This document shows, piece by piece, positions 1-10,331 of a DNA stretch of 64,000 nucleotides. The notes under the pieces were generated by a model. The model saw only the letters and a program-made list of their open reading frames with translations, was not told the DNA's origin and searched no databases. Numbering within the stretch: position 1 is the stretch's first letter; each line of letters starts with the position of its first letter. Origin of the DNA: an uncultured archaeon (lineage in GTDB: Archaea; Asgardarchaeota; Hermodarchaeia; Hermodarchaeales; Hermodarchaeaceae); contig CAYFXC010000002.1 of the NCBI GenBank assembly GCA_964347045.1, positions 96,001 to 160,000 of the forward strand, read 5' to 3'. A program made the translations under genes and the position numbers.

Positions 1-2
1 AA

Positions 3-1661
3 CAAGATATTTCCCAAATAAAACGTGACTGGGAAAACAATACCCTGAAAAAAACGCTTGACAAGTCCCCAGAAAGACGGGAACGCTTTATCACCACATC
101 TAGTCGTCCAATTGCCCGATTATATACGCCAACAGATCTCAGCGAGTTTGATTATGATAATGCTTTAGGCTTTCCCGGTCAATATCCGTTCACGCGTGGT
201 GTCTACCCCACAATGTATCGGGGTCGTCTATGGACCATGCGCATGTTTTCAGGTTTTGGAACAGCAGAACAAACCAACGCCAGGTTTCGGTACCTATTGG
301 AACAGGGGCAGACTGGACTGAGTGTTGCTTTTCATTTACCCACAATTCAAGGGCTTGACTCTGATGATCCCATGTCTAATGGCGAAATTGGAGTTTGTGG
401 AGTCGCCATCGACTCTCTAGCAGACATGGAGATTCTCTTCTCCCAAATCCCTCTCGACAAAGTGACCACATCCATGACCATCAATGCCCCAGCAGCAGTC
501 CTCCTCTGCTTTTACATAGCAGCCGCAGAAAAACAAGGGGTTTCATCTACCCAAATTGGCGGCACCATCCAAAATGATATCCTGAAAGAATATCAAGCAC
601 AAAAAACCTGGATCTTCCCCCCTGATCCATCCATGCGAATTATCACCAATATTCTCGAGTTTTGCACAAAAAACGTACCACGCTGGAACACCATTAGCAT
701 CAGTGGATATCATATCCGTGAAGCAGGAGCCACCGCAGTTCAAGAACTCGCCTTTACTCTTGCAAACGGTCTAGCCTATGTCCAAGCGGGGGTAGATGCA
801 GGACTAGATGTTAACAAATTTGCCCCGCGACTATCTTTCTTTTTTGACAGTCACCTTGACTTATTCGAGGAAGTTGCGAAATTCCGTGCGGCCCGTCGTA
901 TCTGGGCACGGGAGATGCAAGAACGCTTCAATGTGAAAAATCCCCGGGCGTATCTCCTGCGGTTTCATACCCAAACAGCTGGCGTTAGCCTTACTGCACA
1001 ACAGCCAGAAAACAACATCATCCGCACTACCATTCAAGCACTAGCAGCAGTCCTTGGGGGTACTCAATCGCTCCACACCAATTCAATGGATGAAGCTTGG
1101 GCTCTACCAACTGAAAAAGCAGCGACTATTGCATTGAGAACCCAGCAAATACTCGCTCATGAAAGCGGTGTTGCCAACACCATCGACCCCCTTGGCGGCT
1201 CCTATTTTATTGAATCATTAACTAACGAAATGGAAGAGGAGACCTACAAATACTTTGATCGAATTGAGAAGCTAGGAGGAGTAGTGGAATCAATCAAGAA
1301 GGGCTTTTTCCAGCGAGAAATTTCAGATGCGGCCTTCCGCTACCAACGTGAAATTGAAGAAAATGACCGCATCATCGTAGGTGTAAACGATTACATCACC
1401 GATGATATGTTGGAAATCCCAGTACTCAAAATTGATCCAGAAGTAGAACGCACACAGCTAGCACGGTTAAGGAAGACACGAAAAACCCGGAACAACCAAA
1501 AAGTCGACCGATTGTTGAATCGCTTACAGCTAGCAGCTGAGGGAACAGAGAATTTATTACCACATATTCTTGCGGCTGTCCGCGAATATGCAACGGTTGG
1601 AGAGATATGTAACGCCTTGCGTGACGTATATGGAGAATATCAAGAACCCATAATATTCTAG
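3..1661 (+). CDS. B12-dependent acyl-CoA mutase, large (substrate-binding) subunit, 5'-truncated by window edge; isobutyryl-CoA mutase-like
   Basis: Frame is open from base 3 (QDISQIK...[31 protein letters not shown]); motifs [36 protein letters not shown]. Confidence 0.93.
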   Translation, partial: QDISQIKRDWENNTLKKTLDKSPERRERFITTSSRPIARLYTPTDLSEFDYDNALGFPGQYPFTRGVYPTMYRGRLWTMRMFSGFGTAEQTNARFRYLLEQGQTGLSVAFHLPTIQGLDSDDPMSNGEIGVCGVAIDSLADMEILFSQIPLDKVTTSMTINAPAAVLLCFYIAAAEKQGVSSTQIGGTIQNDILKEYQAQKTWIFPPDPSMRIITNILEFCTKNVPRWNTISISGYHIREAGATAVQELAFTLANGLAYVQAGVDAGLDVNKFAPRLSFFFDSHLDLFEEVAKFRAARRIWAREMQERFNVKNPRAYLLRFHTQTAGVSLTAQQPENNIIRTTIQALAAVLGGTQSLHTNSMDEAWALPTEKAATIALRTQQILAHESGVANTIDPLGGSYFIESLTNEMEEETYKYFDRIEKLGGVVESIKKGFFQREISDAAFRYQREIEENDRIIVGVNDYITDDMLEIPVLKIDPEVERTQLARLRKTRKTRNNQKVDRLLNRLQLAAEGTENLLPHILAAVREYATVGEICNALRDVYGEYQEPIIF

Positions 1662-1683
1662 TACAAAAAGTAAGGAGTTAGAG

Positions 1684-2094
1684 TTGAAAATTATGACAGA
1701 AGCCGAACACAAAATTCGGGTACTGATTGCCAAGCCAGGCTTAGACGGACATGATCGTGGTGCTAAAGTTGTGGCTAGAGCTTTACGAGATGCTGGATTC
1801 GAGGTGGTTTACACGGGGTTACGCCAAACCCCAGAACAGATTGCTGAAACCGCACTTCAAGAGGATGTAGACGTTGTTGGTTTAAGCATACTATCTGGAG
1901 CACATATGCGCCTGTTTCCAGAAATTATGAAACTGATCAAAGAACGAGAAATGGATGAGGTTCTTGTTATTGCTGGTGGCATCATACCTGAAGAGGATAT
2001 CAAACCGTTAAAGAAACTTGGCATCAAAGCAATTTTTGGTCCTGGCACTCCCACTGGTGAAATCGTCGAGTATATTCGCAAACATATCAAGTAA
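1684..2094 (+). CDS. Acyl-CoA mutase cobalamin-binding small subunit
   Basis: [11 protein letters not shown] (DxHxxG), [19 protein letters not shown]. Confidence 0.95.
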   Translation: MKIMTEAEHKIRVLIAKPGLDGHDRGAKVVARALRDAGFEVVYTGLRQTPEQIAETALQEDVDVVGLSILSGAHMRLFPEIMKLIKEREMDEVLVIAGGIIPEEDIKPLKKLGIKAIFGPGTPTGEIVEYIRKHIK

Positions 2095-2102
2095 CCAATA
2101 AA

Positions 2103-3077
2103 GTGGACGCTATGGCTCAGGATACGACTGATTTGGTCAAACAGCTGCTGAAAGGCAATCGACGTGCCGCAGCACGCTTAATGACCCTCGCGGAATCTCT
2201 ATCTCCGGAAGCCCATGCAGCCATCAAGCAGCTTTATCCCCATACGGGAAAAGCACACATAATCGGTATTACAGGTCCCCCAGGCTCAGGTAAGAGCACC
2301 CTAGTAGATAAATTGATTGAACTGTTTCGAACCCTGAAGCTAACTGTTGGAGTAGTAGCCGTTGACCCCAGCAGCCCATTCACTGGAGGCGCACTTCTTG
2401 GAGATCGTATCCGAATGAATCGCTTCGCTAGCGATCATGATGTCTTTATTCGAAGTATGGGTTCCCGAGGAAGTCTAGGAGGATTGGCTTGGGCCACTCA
2501 TGATGTTGTACATATATTGGATGCACTGGGTAAAGACATCATTTTAGTCGAAACGGTTGGGGCGGGACAAGCAGAGGTTGACATTATTCAACTAGCCGAA
2601 ACTGTTGTCCTTCTATCTGTCCCTGGATTAGGTGATGACATTCAAACAATCAAAGCAGGCATTATGGAAATTGGCAATGTCTTTGTTGTGAACAAGTCTG
2701 ATCTTGATGGCGCTGACCGTCGCTACATGGAACTCCAAACCGCCCTCAATTTAGGTCAGGATACTGATGGCTGGCAACCGCCAATCATTAAAGTCGTTGC
2801 TACAACAGGCGAGGGCGTCAAAGAGCTTGTGAAGGCGATCCAGAACCATCATGAATATCTGATTGAAAGTGGAGATATTGCCCAAAACCGTAAACAGCGG
2901 TGCTATGCCCAACTTGAAAGAATAGTAGAACACAGTTTTATTCGTAAATTGTTTATGGATACTGAAGAGCAAGTCTTTTTTCAAAAATTAGTAGAAGAGG
3001 TCAATGCACGAAAAACTGATCCCTACACTGCAGCCGAACGGCTTATTCTCCATCTGATAGAATCGCCAAAAAAGTAG
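2103..3077 (+). CDS. meaB: Mutase-associated GTPase chaperone MeaB
   Basis: GITGPPGSGKST, AVDPSSPFTGGALLGDRIRM, ETVGAGQ, VNKSD; same operon as the mutase subunits. Confidence 0.95.
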   Translation: MDAMAQDTTDLVKQLLKGNRRAAARLMTLAESLSPEAHAAIKQLYPHTGKAHIIGITGPPGSGKSTLVDKLIELFRTLKLTVGVVAVDPSSPFTGGALLGDRIRMNRFASDHDVFIRSMGSRGSLGGLAWATHDVVHILDALGKDIILVETVGAGQAEVDIIQLAETVVLLSVPGLGDDIQTIKAGIMEIGNVFVVNKSDLDGADRRYMELQTALNLGQDTDGWQPPIIKVVATTGEGVKELVKAIQNHHEYLIESGDIAQNRKQRCYAQLERIVEHSFIRKLFMDTEEQVFFQKLVEEVNARKTDPYTAAERLILHLIESPKK

Positions 3078-3080
3078 TGA

Positions 3081-3968
3081 TCAGCGTTTTCGACCACGAG
3101 TACCTTCTAAAGGTGTACCTAGTCCTATGGTGGGCGTCCCGCCACGTATATGGTAGGGAACTTTCAAGTAGGTTGTTACCTCATCAGGTGCTGTCGTTTT
3201 TAGAATCTGAACATACTTGGATGGCTGTTTTATTCCAGGAACGTCACCATACCCCCAGCGCAAAACCTGGTCAACCATCCTTTCACAAGCAGTATGAACT
3301 TCTGGCACGGTTCCACGCCATCCCATGAAAAGGATCAAAGTATGTCCAAATTTCCGTATAAGGTTAATGAGGCGACGCAAGTAATTCAATGCGGGACCAG
3401 GACCTACACCATCGATGAAATCATCAACGTATGCCATGACCATTCGAATCGTACCCTTTCCATGCACAGAAGAAGTGATGTTACTAATCGCAGCAGGTAA
3501 TCCATCGACTGATTGGATTTCATCGGGTTTGCGAGGAGACACCAACAATTCAGGATTACCTCCCATTTGCTTAATCCGATTTGGATAGGAGGTTTGAATG
3601 AGTTCGCGTTCATGATCACCGAATCCACGATAAGTAAATATATCAATCCAATGAAAATGATCAACCTTACTTGTCTCTAAGAAAACGTTGAATGCGTTTG
3701 GTAATTTTCGCTCACACCATAACGCAATTGCTACTGGATCCGCGTATGTAGTAACCAAAAGGAGCGTTTCAGGATCTTTAACATTATTTGTTAGCCATTC
3801 GATAGTGAGACTTATAGGATCAGAAAAAGTCTGATTTTGCACGTACATAATTGTACTTGTGCCAGTCATTATCCCAAAGTATTGATCGAAGCTCTTATTG
3901 CTCGTGTATAAACGTTGCCGCGCTTCAATACCCTCCAAGAGAATGCGTGAATCACGTCCTTCACTCAT
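3081..3968 (-). CDS. Degenerate RAD55/KaiC-like P-loop fold protein
   Basis: Weak RAD55-like pattern (FDQYFG, WIDIFTYR, MVDQVLRW, VQILKT); no Walker A. Confidence 0.45.
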   Translation of the reverse strand: MSEGRDSRILLEGIEARQRLYTSNKSFDQYFGIMTGTSTIMYVQNQTFSDPISLTIEWLTNNVKDPETLLLVTTYADPVAIALWCERKLPNAFNVFLETSKVDHFHWIDIFTYRGFGDHERELIQTSYPNRIKQMGGNPELLVSPRKPDEIQSVDGLPAAISNITSSVHGKGTIRMVMAYVDDFIDGVGPGPALNYLRRLINLIRKFGHTLILFMGWRGTVPEVHTACERMVDQVLRWGYGDVPGIKQPSKYVQILKTTAPDEVTTYLKVPYHIRGGTPTIGLGTPLEGTRGRKR

Positions 3969-4162
3969 TGAAAATTAACTCCCGCCTTTGATATTCAATA
4001 TCTACTAGGAGAAAAGCATTTAATGAGTTTCCCTCAGCTTTAGCGCTTTGAAATTTTCTTCGCGATTTCTGTAATTTTCACGGAGAAGACTTTTAAGCAA
4101 AGCAGTTTCGTGTTAGCGCCCAACCAATGCACCAATTATGATGAGTTCGGAGGTCAAATAAC

Positions 4163-4960
4163 ATGAAAATCATCGTCCCAATAAAACAGGTTCCAGAAAT
4201 TGCTGAAGTAAAAATCGACCCCGAAACCAAGACCCTGATTCGCGCTGGGGTCCCCTCAATTCTCAATCCATTCGACGAATTTGCTGTCGAAGAAGCGGTT
4301 CAAATTAAGGAAAAACTTGGCGAAGGAGAAGTAGTTATTATCACCATGGGTCCACCACAGGCAGAAGAAGCATTGAAAAAATGTCTGGCTATGGGTGGAG
4401 ACCGAGCTGTGCATCTTTCTGATCGTGCTTTTGCTGGTGCTGACACCTGGGCTACAGCTTACACAATTGCGCAAGCCATTAAGGCTGAGGAGCCCTATGA
4501 CCTCATAATTTGTGGGAAACAAGCTATTGACGGAGATACTGCTCAAGTTGGTCCTGAGATTGCAGAAATTTTGGGTATCCCTCAGGCTACGTATGTTGTT
4601 GATGTTGAAATCTCAGAAACTAAAAAACGCATCAAGGTAAAACGTGAAACTGATGAAGGCTTTGAAGTTATCGAATGCCGTTTACCTGCACTGATCACAG
4701 CAACAAAGGGTCTAAATGAACCACGCTTGCCAAGTCTAATGGCTATCATGGGTGCTAGCAAGAAAGAAATCAAACTCGTTACTGCAGAAGCACTTGGTGG
4801 TGATCCAGAACAATATGGCCTCCCAGGATCCCCTACCCAAGTGGTTGAAGTCTTTACTCCTGAGCAACGTACTGGGGGTATCAAAATAGAAGGTACCGAA
4901 GACCCCGAAGGCGCCGCCAAGCAACTCGTTGAATGGCTACTGAAAAAGGGATTAATCTAG
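4163..4960 (+). CDS. etfB: Electron transfer flavoprotein beta subunit
   Basis: KQVP, LNPFDEFAVEEA, DRAFAGADTWATA, GKQAIDGDTAQVGP, NEPR, GSPT. Confidence 0.96.
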   Translation: MKIIVPIKQVPEIAEVKIDPETKTLIRAGVPSILNPFDEFAVEEAVQIKEKLGEGEVVIITMGPPQAEEALKKCLAMGGDRAVHLSDRAFAGADTWATAYTIAQAIKAEEPYDLIICGKQAIDGDTAQVGPEIAEILGIPQATYVVDVEISETKKRIKVKRETDEGFEVIECRLPALITATKGLNEPRLPSLMAIMGASKKEIKLVTAEALGGDPEQYGLPGSPTQVVEVFTPEQRTGGIKIEGTEDPEGAAKQLVEWLLKKGLI

Positions 4961-4976
4961 CGGAAGGTGACATCCT

Positions 4977-6170
4977 ATGTTGAATATCGACAAAGAGAAA
5001 TGTACAGCATGCGGCATATGTGTGAAAGTTTGTCCATTTGATGCCATGCACCTAGTGAATGAGAAAGCTGAAGCAGACGAAAAATGCACCCTATGTGGCG
5101 CCTGTTTGAAGGTCTGTCCTGTTGATGCTCTTTCGATTGAGCGTAAACGCGTTGACCCCTCGAAATTCAAGGATTACAAGGGAGTCTGGGTGTGGGCAGA
5201 ACATATTGATGGGCAACTACGTAATGTTGCCTTAGAACTACTTGGTAAGGGTCGTGAACTTGCCGATAAACTCGGTGAACCCTTAGGAGCCGTTCTCCTC
5301 GGACACAATGTCGGCAAACTTCCTGAAGTCTTAATTCAACACGGTGCTGATATCGTATATGTTAGCGATCAAGAACTTCTCGCCCATTATACCACCGAAG
5401 CTTACACTGATGTAATCGCTGCCCTCATAGTAACGGAAAAACCCAATATCCTCCTATACGGTGCTACTGCCAATGGTCGTGATTTAGGTCCAAGGATTGC
5501 AGCCCGCCTTATTCTTGGACTCACAGCCGATTGCACAGGACTCGAGATTGATGACAAGCGTCAACTCGTTCAAACTCGCCCCGCCTTTGGGGGCAACATC
5601 ATGGCTTCAATCCTTAGCCCTTATACGCGACCTCAAATGGCAACTGTCCGTCCCAACGTTTTCAAAGCTCCCGACCCCGATACTTCCCGAACAGGGGAAA
5701 TTAAAAACGTCGATATTAAAGTCAATAAAGCAGCAGTTCGCACAAAAATCGTGGAAACCATCATCGAAATCGAAGAAGGCGCTCTCAAAGTCGATGAAGC
5801 CGAAATGGTTGTCACCTGTGGACGCGGCATTAAAGACCCGAAAAACATCGAAATCGTCGCTGAACTTGCAAATGAACTCAATGCCGCTCTCGGTGGCTCA
5901 CGTCCTATCGTTGACCAAGGTTGGATGAAACACCATCAACAAGTCGGTCAATCCGGACGCACCATTGCCCCCAAACTCTACATCGCCTGCGGCATCAGTG
6001 GCGCCATCCAACATCTCGTCGGTATGCGTACAAGCGACATCATCGTTGCAATTAACAACGACCCCGATGCCCCAATTCATACTGTATCTGATGTTTCTAT
6101 AATTGGGGATTTATTCAAAGTTGTCCCAGCGCTAGTCAAAGAGTTGAAGCGAGTAAAGGCACAAAAATGA
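4977..6170 (+). CDS. etfA: Electron transfer flavoprotein alpha subunit with N-terminal 2[4Fe-4S] domain
   Basis: Two CxxCxxCxxxCP motifs, GLTADCTGL, RPAFGGN, QVGQSG, GISGAIQH. Confidence 0.96.
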   Translation: MLNIDKEKCTACGICVKVCPFDAMHLVNEKAEADEKCTLCGACLKVCPVDALSIERKRVDPSKFKDYKGVWVWAEHIDGQLRNVALELLGKGRELADKLGEPLGAVLLGHNVGKLPEVLIQHGADIVYVSDQELLAHYTTEAYTDVIAALIVTEKPNILLYGATANGRDLGPRIAARLILGLTADCTGLEIDDKRQLVQTRPAFGGNIMASILSPYTRPQMATVRPNVFKAPDPDTSRTGEIKNVDIKVNKAAVRTKIVETIIEIEEGALKVDEAEMVVTCGRGIKDPKNIEIVAELANELNAALGGSRPIVDQGWMKHHQQVGQSGRTIAPKLYIACGISGAIQHLVGMRTSDIIVAINNDPDAPIHTVSDVSIIGDLFKVVPALVKELKRVKAQK

Positions 6171-6176
6171 TCTGAA

Positions 6177-6773
6177 TTATTTTTGTGCAAAGACCCAATA
6201 ATGGGTTTCGTCGTCTCGCGTAATAATTTCATCTGAGAGAATTTTGAAACCAGCATCTTTGGTGAATGTCAAGGATGTTTTGGCGTTGTAATGGCTCCAA
6301 AACATCGTTGTCCCTAGGTACTCTTCAGTTCCTTCCCAATCTGTTGAACCGGTGCTGAAGAAGAGAATGCCATTGGGTTTCAAGACCCGATAGAAGTTCT
6401 GATAAATTGTTGGATGTTTTTCTTTAGGTACATGAATAATAGCAAAGATGGACACTATGCCATCAAAGACTCCATCAAGAAAGGTTAATTGAGTCATGTC
6501 ACCTTCAAGAAAATTACCTTCAGGAACCTGTTCTCGGGCGAGTTCTAACATTCCTGGTGCAACATCGATACCTGTAACTTCAAAGCCTTTGTCGATTAAA
6601 AATCGTGCAACGGAAACTCCAGTACCACATCCTGCATCCAAAACCCGTGCTCTATCAGGAAGAAGAGAAGCAAAATACTCTAGTTCTTTTTCATGGTGGA
6701 ATCTTATTCTAAATTTGTTATATTTTGCAGCGATTTTGCTGTATCCAGTTCGCACAATTTCTTCGTTCTTCAT
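6177..6773 (-). CDS. Class I SAM-dependent methyltransferase
   Basis: VLDAGCGTG, GID, RVLKPNG. Confidence 0.9.
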   Translation of the reverse strand: MKNEEIVRTGYSKIAAKYNKFRIRFHHEKELEYFASLLPDRARVLDAGCGTGVSVARFLIDKGFEVTGIDVAPGMLELAREQVPEGNFLEGDMTQLTFLDGVFDGIVSIFAIIHVPKEKHPTIYQNFYRVLKPNGILFFSTGSTDWEGTEEYLGTTMFWSHYNAKTSLTFTKDAGFKILSDEIITRDDETHYWVFAQK

Positions 6774-6839
6774 TATTAATAGCTTCCACAAGCTGGTTCT
6801 ATTCGAATATTAGAGGAATACCATATTGATCATCATTGT

Positions 6840-7286
6840 TTAAGCTTCCAAGGGTTTTTGTGCGATAAGACCAGCGATGAGGACGAGAAGTCCTGGGAGC
6901 CAGCTGGTCATGATAAGAGTAAACCACAGAGGTGGCCAGGTTGTACCGAAGAGAGTGAAGGCTAGGGCCGCAGGGATGAGCCCACAAATGATGAAGGCAA
7001 GAATGCCTGTGAGGATGATCCATATCCTAGTTCTACCGGGATTGCTAGCAAAGACAAACCAGATAATCATGAAGATAAAGCCCAAGAACGCGCCTAAGAA
7101 AAATGCGGCCATCGTCGGTCCCGCAAGAGCACGTAGAGGGTCATCTGGTGCAAAGATAGATCCAAGAATAGCGAGAATGAAAACGATGAAGCCAAAGAAG
7201 CCATTCGTAACAAGATAAATGAGTTGTAATACGGCACCTAAAATCACAAGAATCCTAGCAACAGTGTTTCTATTCAAATTTATCAC
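6840..7286 (-). CDS. Small multi-pass membrane protein, unknown function
   Basis: About 4-5 hydrophobic segments; SD GGAGGTG at start. Confidence 0.7.
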   Translation of the reverse strand: MINLNRNTVARILVILGAVLQLIYLVTNGFFGFIVFILAILGSIFAPDDPLRALAGPTMAAFFLGAFLGFIFMIIWFVFASNPGRTRIWIILTGILAFIICGLIPAALAFTLFGTTWPPLWFTLIMTSWLPGLLVLIAGLIAQKPLEA

Positions 7287-7373
7287 CTCCCATACTTTGA
7301 ATTGTAGATGACTATCCTGCGTGAGCTGTATTAAAATTAAGAGGATAGGGGTTAGGAAGTATATCTTTTTACA

Positions 7374-8135
7374 TTATTTTCGAGCAAGAGAAACGAGGTT
7401 TCGGCTTTTTTTCGCTAAAAAAGGGTGTCTTTGATAATCGGCAAAGAACTTGGCATGAGTAAATCCTGTCGCAAATAACGTCTTTTCCATGAGTGGCTGC
7501 GAGAGTTGGATAATGTTTTGCGCATGGGTTTTAGTTTTCCATTGGTTTTGATTTTTTATAAATCCGGTGAAGATTAATGTCGCAGCTAGCGTATTTGTGA
7601 TGGGTTCGAAGAAGCGAACAAAAATTACCTCATCTCCCGTTGAAATAGTTCCAGATTTAAGAGGAAAGAAGCGGAAATTAGAGCTTCGAATTTCCTCAAA
7701 GTTAAGAGTTTGAGTGACAAGGTGCCCCCCCTTTTTTAGGAGTGCGTGAGCACCATAAATCGTTGTATTCACTGCATCAATGGAGGGAAGAAGAGCCAGC
7801 GAATTCCCTAAACAGAGGATTAGATCAAAGGGACCTTCAACCGTTTTTGTAACCTCAGTCATATCAGCGACATGAAATTGTACGTTGACACCCATTTGTT
7901 CTGCATGACGAGTAGCTGCAGCTATCATTTTGTGACTTAGATCTAATCCGATGACTTCATGACCTTCTAATGCTAAAGCTATTGCATGACGTCCAGTTCC
8001 ACAAGCTAGGTCGAGGATTCGTACAGGTTTCTTGTTTTTAATGAGGGCTGTGAGAAAGGGGAGTTCGCGTTTTAGTCGCTGGTTCCAATCAATAGATTGG
8101 TCATAGATGAGTGCGAGTTCTTCAAAGACGGCCAT
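7374..8135 (-). CDS. Class I SAM-dependent methyltransferase (glycine/sarcosine N-methyltransferase-like)
   Basis: ILDLACGTGRH, FDLILCLGNSLA, LKKGG. Confidence 0.88.
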   Translation of the reverse strand: MAVFEELALIYDQSIDWNQRLKRELPFLTALIKNKKPVRILDLACGTGRHAIALALEGHEVIGLDLSHKMIAAATRHAEQMGVNVQFHVADMTEVTKTVEGPFDLILCLGNSLALLPSIDAVNTTIYGAHALLKKGGHLVTQTLNFEEIRSSNFRFFPLKSGTISTGDEVIFVRFFEPITNTLAATLIFTGFIKNQNQWKTKTHAQNIIQLSQPLMEKTLFATGFTHAKFFADYQRHPFLAKKSRNLVSLARK

Positions 8136-8204
8136 CTGAATCAGCTTGTTTAAGGTTGTGTTCAGTCCTTACTGTAATAATGCACAGAAGTTTTTGAAGG
8201 TTAA

Positions 8205-9473
8205 CTACTGACTACAGGCGGCTTTGAGAATTTCTATGAACTGATAGACTTCTGTGAAACTGTTATAGAAGGGTGTTGGGGCGACCCGAATGACATCTGG
8301 TTCTCGCCAGTCACAATAAATGCCTGCCTGAGTGAGATGGTCAAAAAGAGCCTTCCCATTATGATGTGTTTGAATGGAAAGCTGACATCCACGTTGGTTG
8401 GGTTCTCTGGGAGTAAGAATAGAGATATCGCTAGTGCCCAATTGGTCCAACAAAAACTCGAGATAACCCGTCAGCTTGACCGATTTTTCTCGAAGCCGTT
8501 CCATGGTAACTTCATCAAACAGCTTCAGTGAAGCGTCGAGTGGTGCAAGAAGAAGTGGAGAATAGCTACTGATTTGCCAGCCACCAGCACCGAGGACGGG
8601 ATTAATATTAGGCTCCATGAGAAATCGGTTTTCAAGTTTATTTCCCCACCAGCCTTCAAACCGTGGTAGGTCTTGATTCATGAAATGATTTTCATGGATA
8701 AAGCAACCACCAGGACCTCCAGGACCACCATTCAGATACTTATAGGTGCACCAGACAGCAAAATCCACCTTCCACTCATGCAAATCTAACGGAATGTTAC
8801 CGACTGCATGGGCTAAATCATACCCAATTACAATCCCATGTTTATGCCCCAACCGAGAGATCTCTTCCAAATTAAACGCTTGTCCCGAATAGTAATTTAC
8901 ACCACCTAACAGAAGCAACGCAACCGAATCTCCGAACTCCTCAAAGATTGCCTTGAAATCGTCGGTGGCGATGGTTGCCCCAGGTTGGGCTTTCACTTCA
9001 AGTAATGCTTGAGCGGGCTTGAGGCCATGAAATCGCATTTGAGATTTAATAGCATATTGATCACTGGGGAATGCTTTCTCCTCGATAAGAACTTTGTAGC
9101 GTTGTGTAGTAGGTTGATAAAAGGACACGAGCATCAGATGAAGATTGACCGAGAGGGCATTCATCAAAACCACTTCCAATGGTTTTGCTCCCACAATTTT
9201 AGCCATGCTCGCGTGTAAGGAATCGCCATACGTAATCCATGGGTTTGTGGCTTTTGTGTAAGCTTCTACACCCCAGGTTTCCCAATCTTGAAGGATTGTT
9301 TCAAGGTGGGCGCGTGTAGTCTTAGGTTGTAGGCCCAAGGAATTTCCCAAGAAGTATATTGCTGGGTTTCCCTCAGAATCTTTGGGGCGATAAAACTTGT
9401 TCCGATACTTTGCAAGAGAATCCTTTGCATCCATCTCCATGGCAAACGTTTTACTCGCAGCGAAATGATTCAT
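8205..9473 (-). CDS. kynU: Kynureninase (PLP-dependent)
   Basis: YFLGNSLGLQP, AFPSDQY, DLAHAVGN, WCTYKYLNGGPG, DWREPDVIRVAP. Confidence 0.95.
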   Translation of the reverse strand: MNHFAASKTFAMEMDAKDSLAKYRNKFYRPKDSEGNPAIYFLGNSLGLQPKTTRAHLETILQDWETWGVEAYTKATNPWITYGDSLHASMAKIVGAKPLEVVLMNALSVNLHLMLVSFYQPTTQRYKVLIEEKAFPSDQYAIKSQMRFHGLKPAQALLEVKAQPGATIATDDFKAIFEEFGDSVALLLLGGVNYYSGQAFNLEEISRLGHKHGIVIGYDLAHAVGNIPLDLHEWKVDFAVWCTYKYLNGGPGGPGGCFIHENHFMNQDLPRFEGWWGNKLENRFLMEPNINPVLGAGGWQISSYSPLLLAPLDASLKLFDEVTMERLREKSVKLTGYLEFLLDQLGTSDISILTPREPNQRGCQLSIQTHHNGKALFDHLTQAGIYCDWREPDVIRVAPTPFYNSFTEVYQFIEILKAACSQ

Positions 9474-9494
9474 GATTAATCACTACTCCGAGAC

Positions 9495-10265
9495 CTAGTC
9501 TCTAAAGGTCATGGTGAGAGTACTATGTTTCTGAGTCAATTCAAGTATTTCCAAATCCATTGATCCAATTTTGACATCCTCTAATAATTCCATTGTAATA
9601 CTGAGTGGTTGACCATCTGCGATATTTTCGTCAAAATCAAGAATCAATTCGAATTTCCTTTTAGACGCGTTCGGAATGTGATAAGTCGCCTGCTTTGAAT
9701 CAATAGTTTGAGTTCCTGGAAGCCACTGAGAATGAGCTTTGACCATGTCAAATCGGTCTGCAGGGATTTTTCCATGTGCCGCTGTAAATTCTCGGACACT
9801 GAATGAATCTTGTGGTGGTGTCTTTTTGAATGTGAAAGGGCGATGCCGATCAAGGTTATGGTATTGCATAGCCCAGAAAATGACGTTTTCTCCGATAGCG
9901 TCCTCGGGGTTCATCTGCCCATAATATGAGTACCAAGGAACATGTTCATTGTCACAGATCTTTGCGGTGACCCATGGGAGATCAGCGAATAATGTTGGGA
10001 GTTGGTCCGCATCACCCTGTTTCGGTTCAAGAGAGCTAAAGGCTGATCCAACTATGTTAGGAGTAGATTCATCGTATTTCAGGAGCTCGAGGTAGTTTCC
10101 GTTTTGTGCAATGATATAGACACCTTCATAGGTTACATCTGGACGTTTTGTGATTTTGTGCTCACAATTTTGGAAGATGTCACAAAGAGCAGGAAGATGT
10201 GAAAATTTGGCTGGGTGAAATGAAAACAGAAAATGATCTAAAGTGAAAAGATCGAGGAGTTCCAT
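9495..10265 (-). CDS. Hypothetical protein, possibly VOC/glyoxalase-like (DUF5829-like)
   Basis: LDHF, TYEGVYI..NGNYLEL pattern; 21 nt upstream of kynU on same strand. Confidence 0.45.
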   Translation of the reverse strand: MELLDLFTLDHFLFSFHPAKFSHLPALCDIFQNCEHKITKRPDVTYEGVYIIAQNGNYLELLKYDESTPNIVGSAFSSLEPKQGDADQLPTLFADLPWVTAKICDNEHVPWYSYYGQMNPEDAIGENVIFWAMQYHNLDRHRPFTFKKTPPQDSFSVREFTAAHGKIPADRFDMVKAHSQWLPGTQTIDSKQATYHIPNASKRKFELILDFDENIADGQPLSITMELLEDVKIGSMDLEILELTQKHSTLTMTFRD

Positions 10266-10331
10266 AAACAGAACCTCTGTTTTTACTTTTTATCCAGTTT
10301 TATGTTAGGGCATCTTAATGTTCATAATCGT

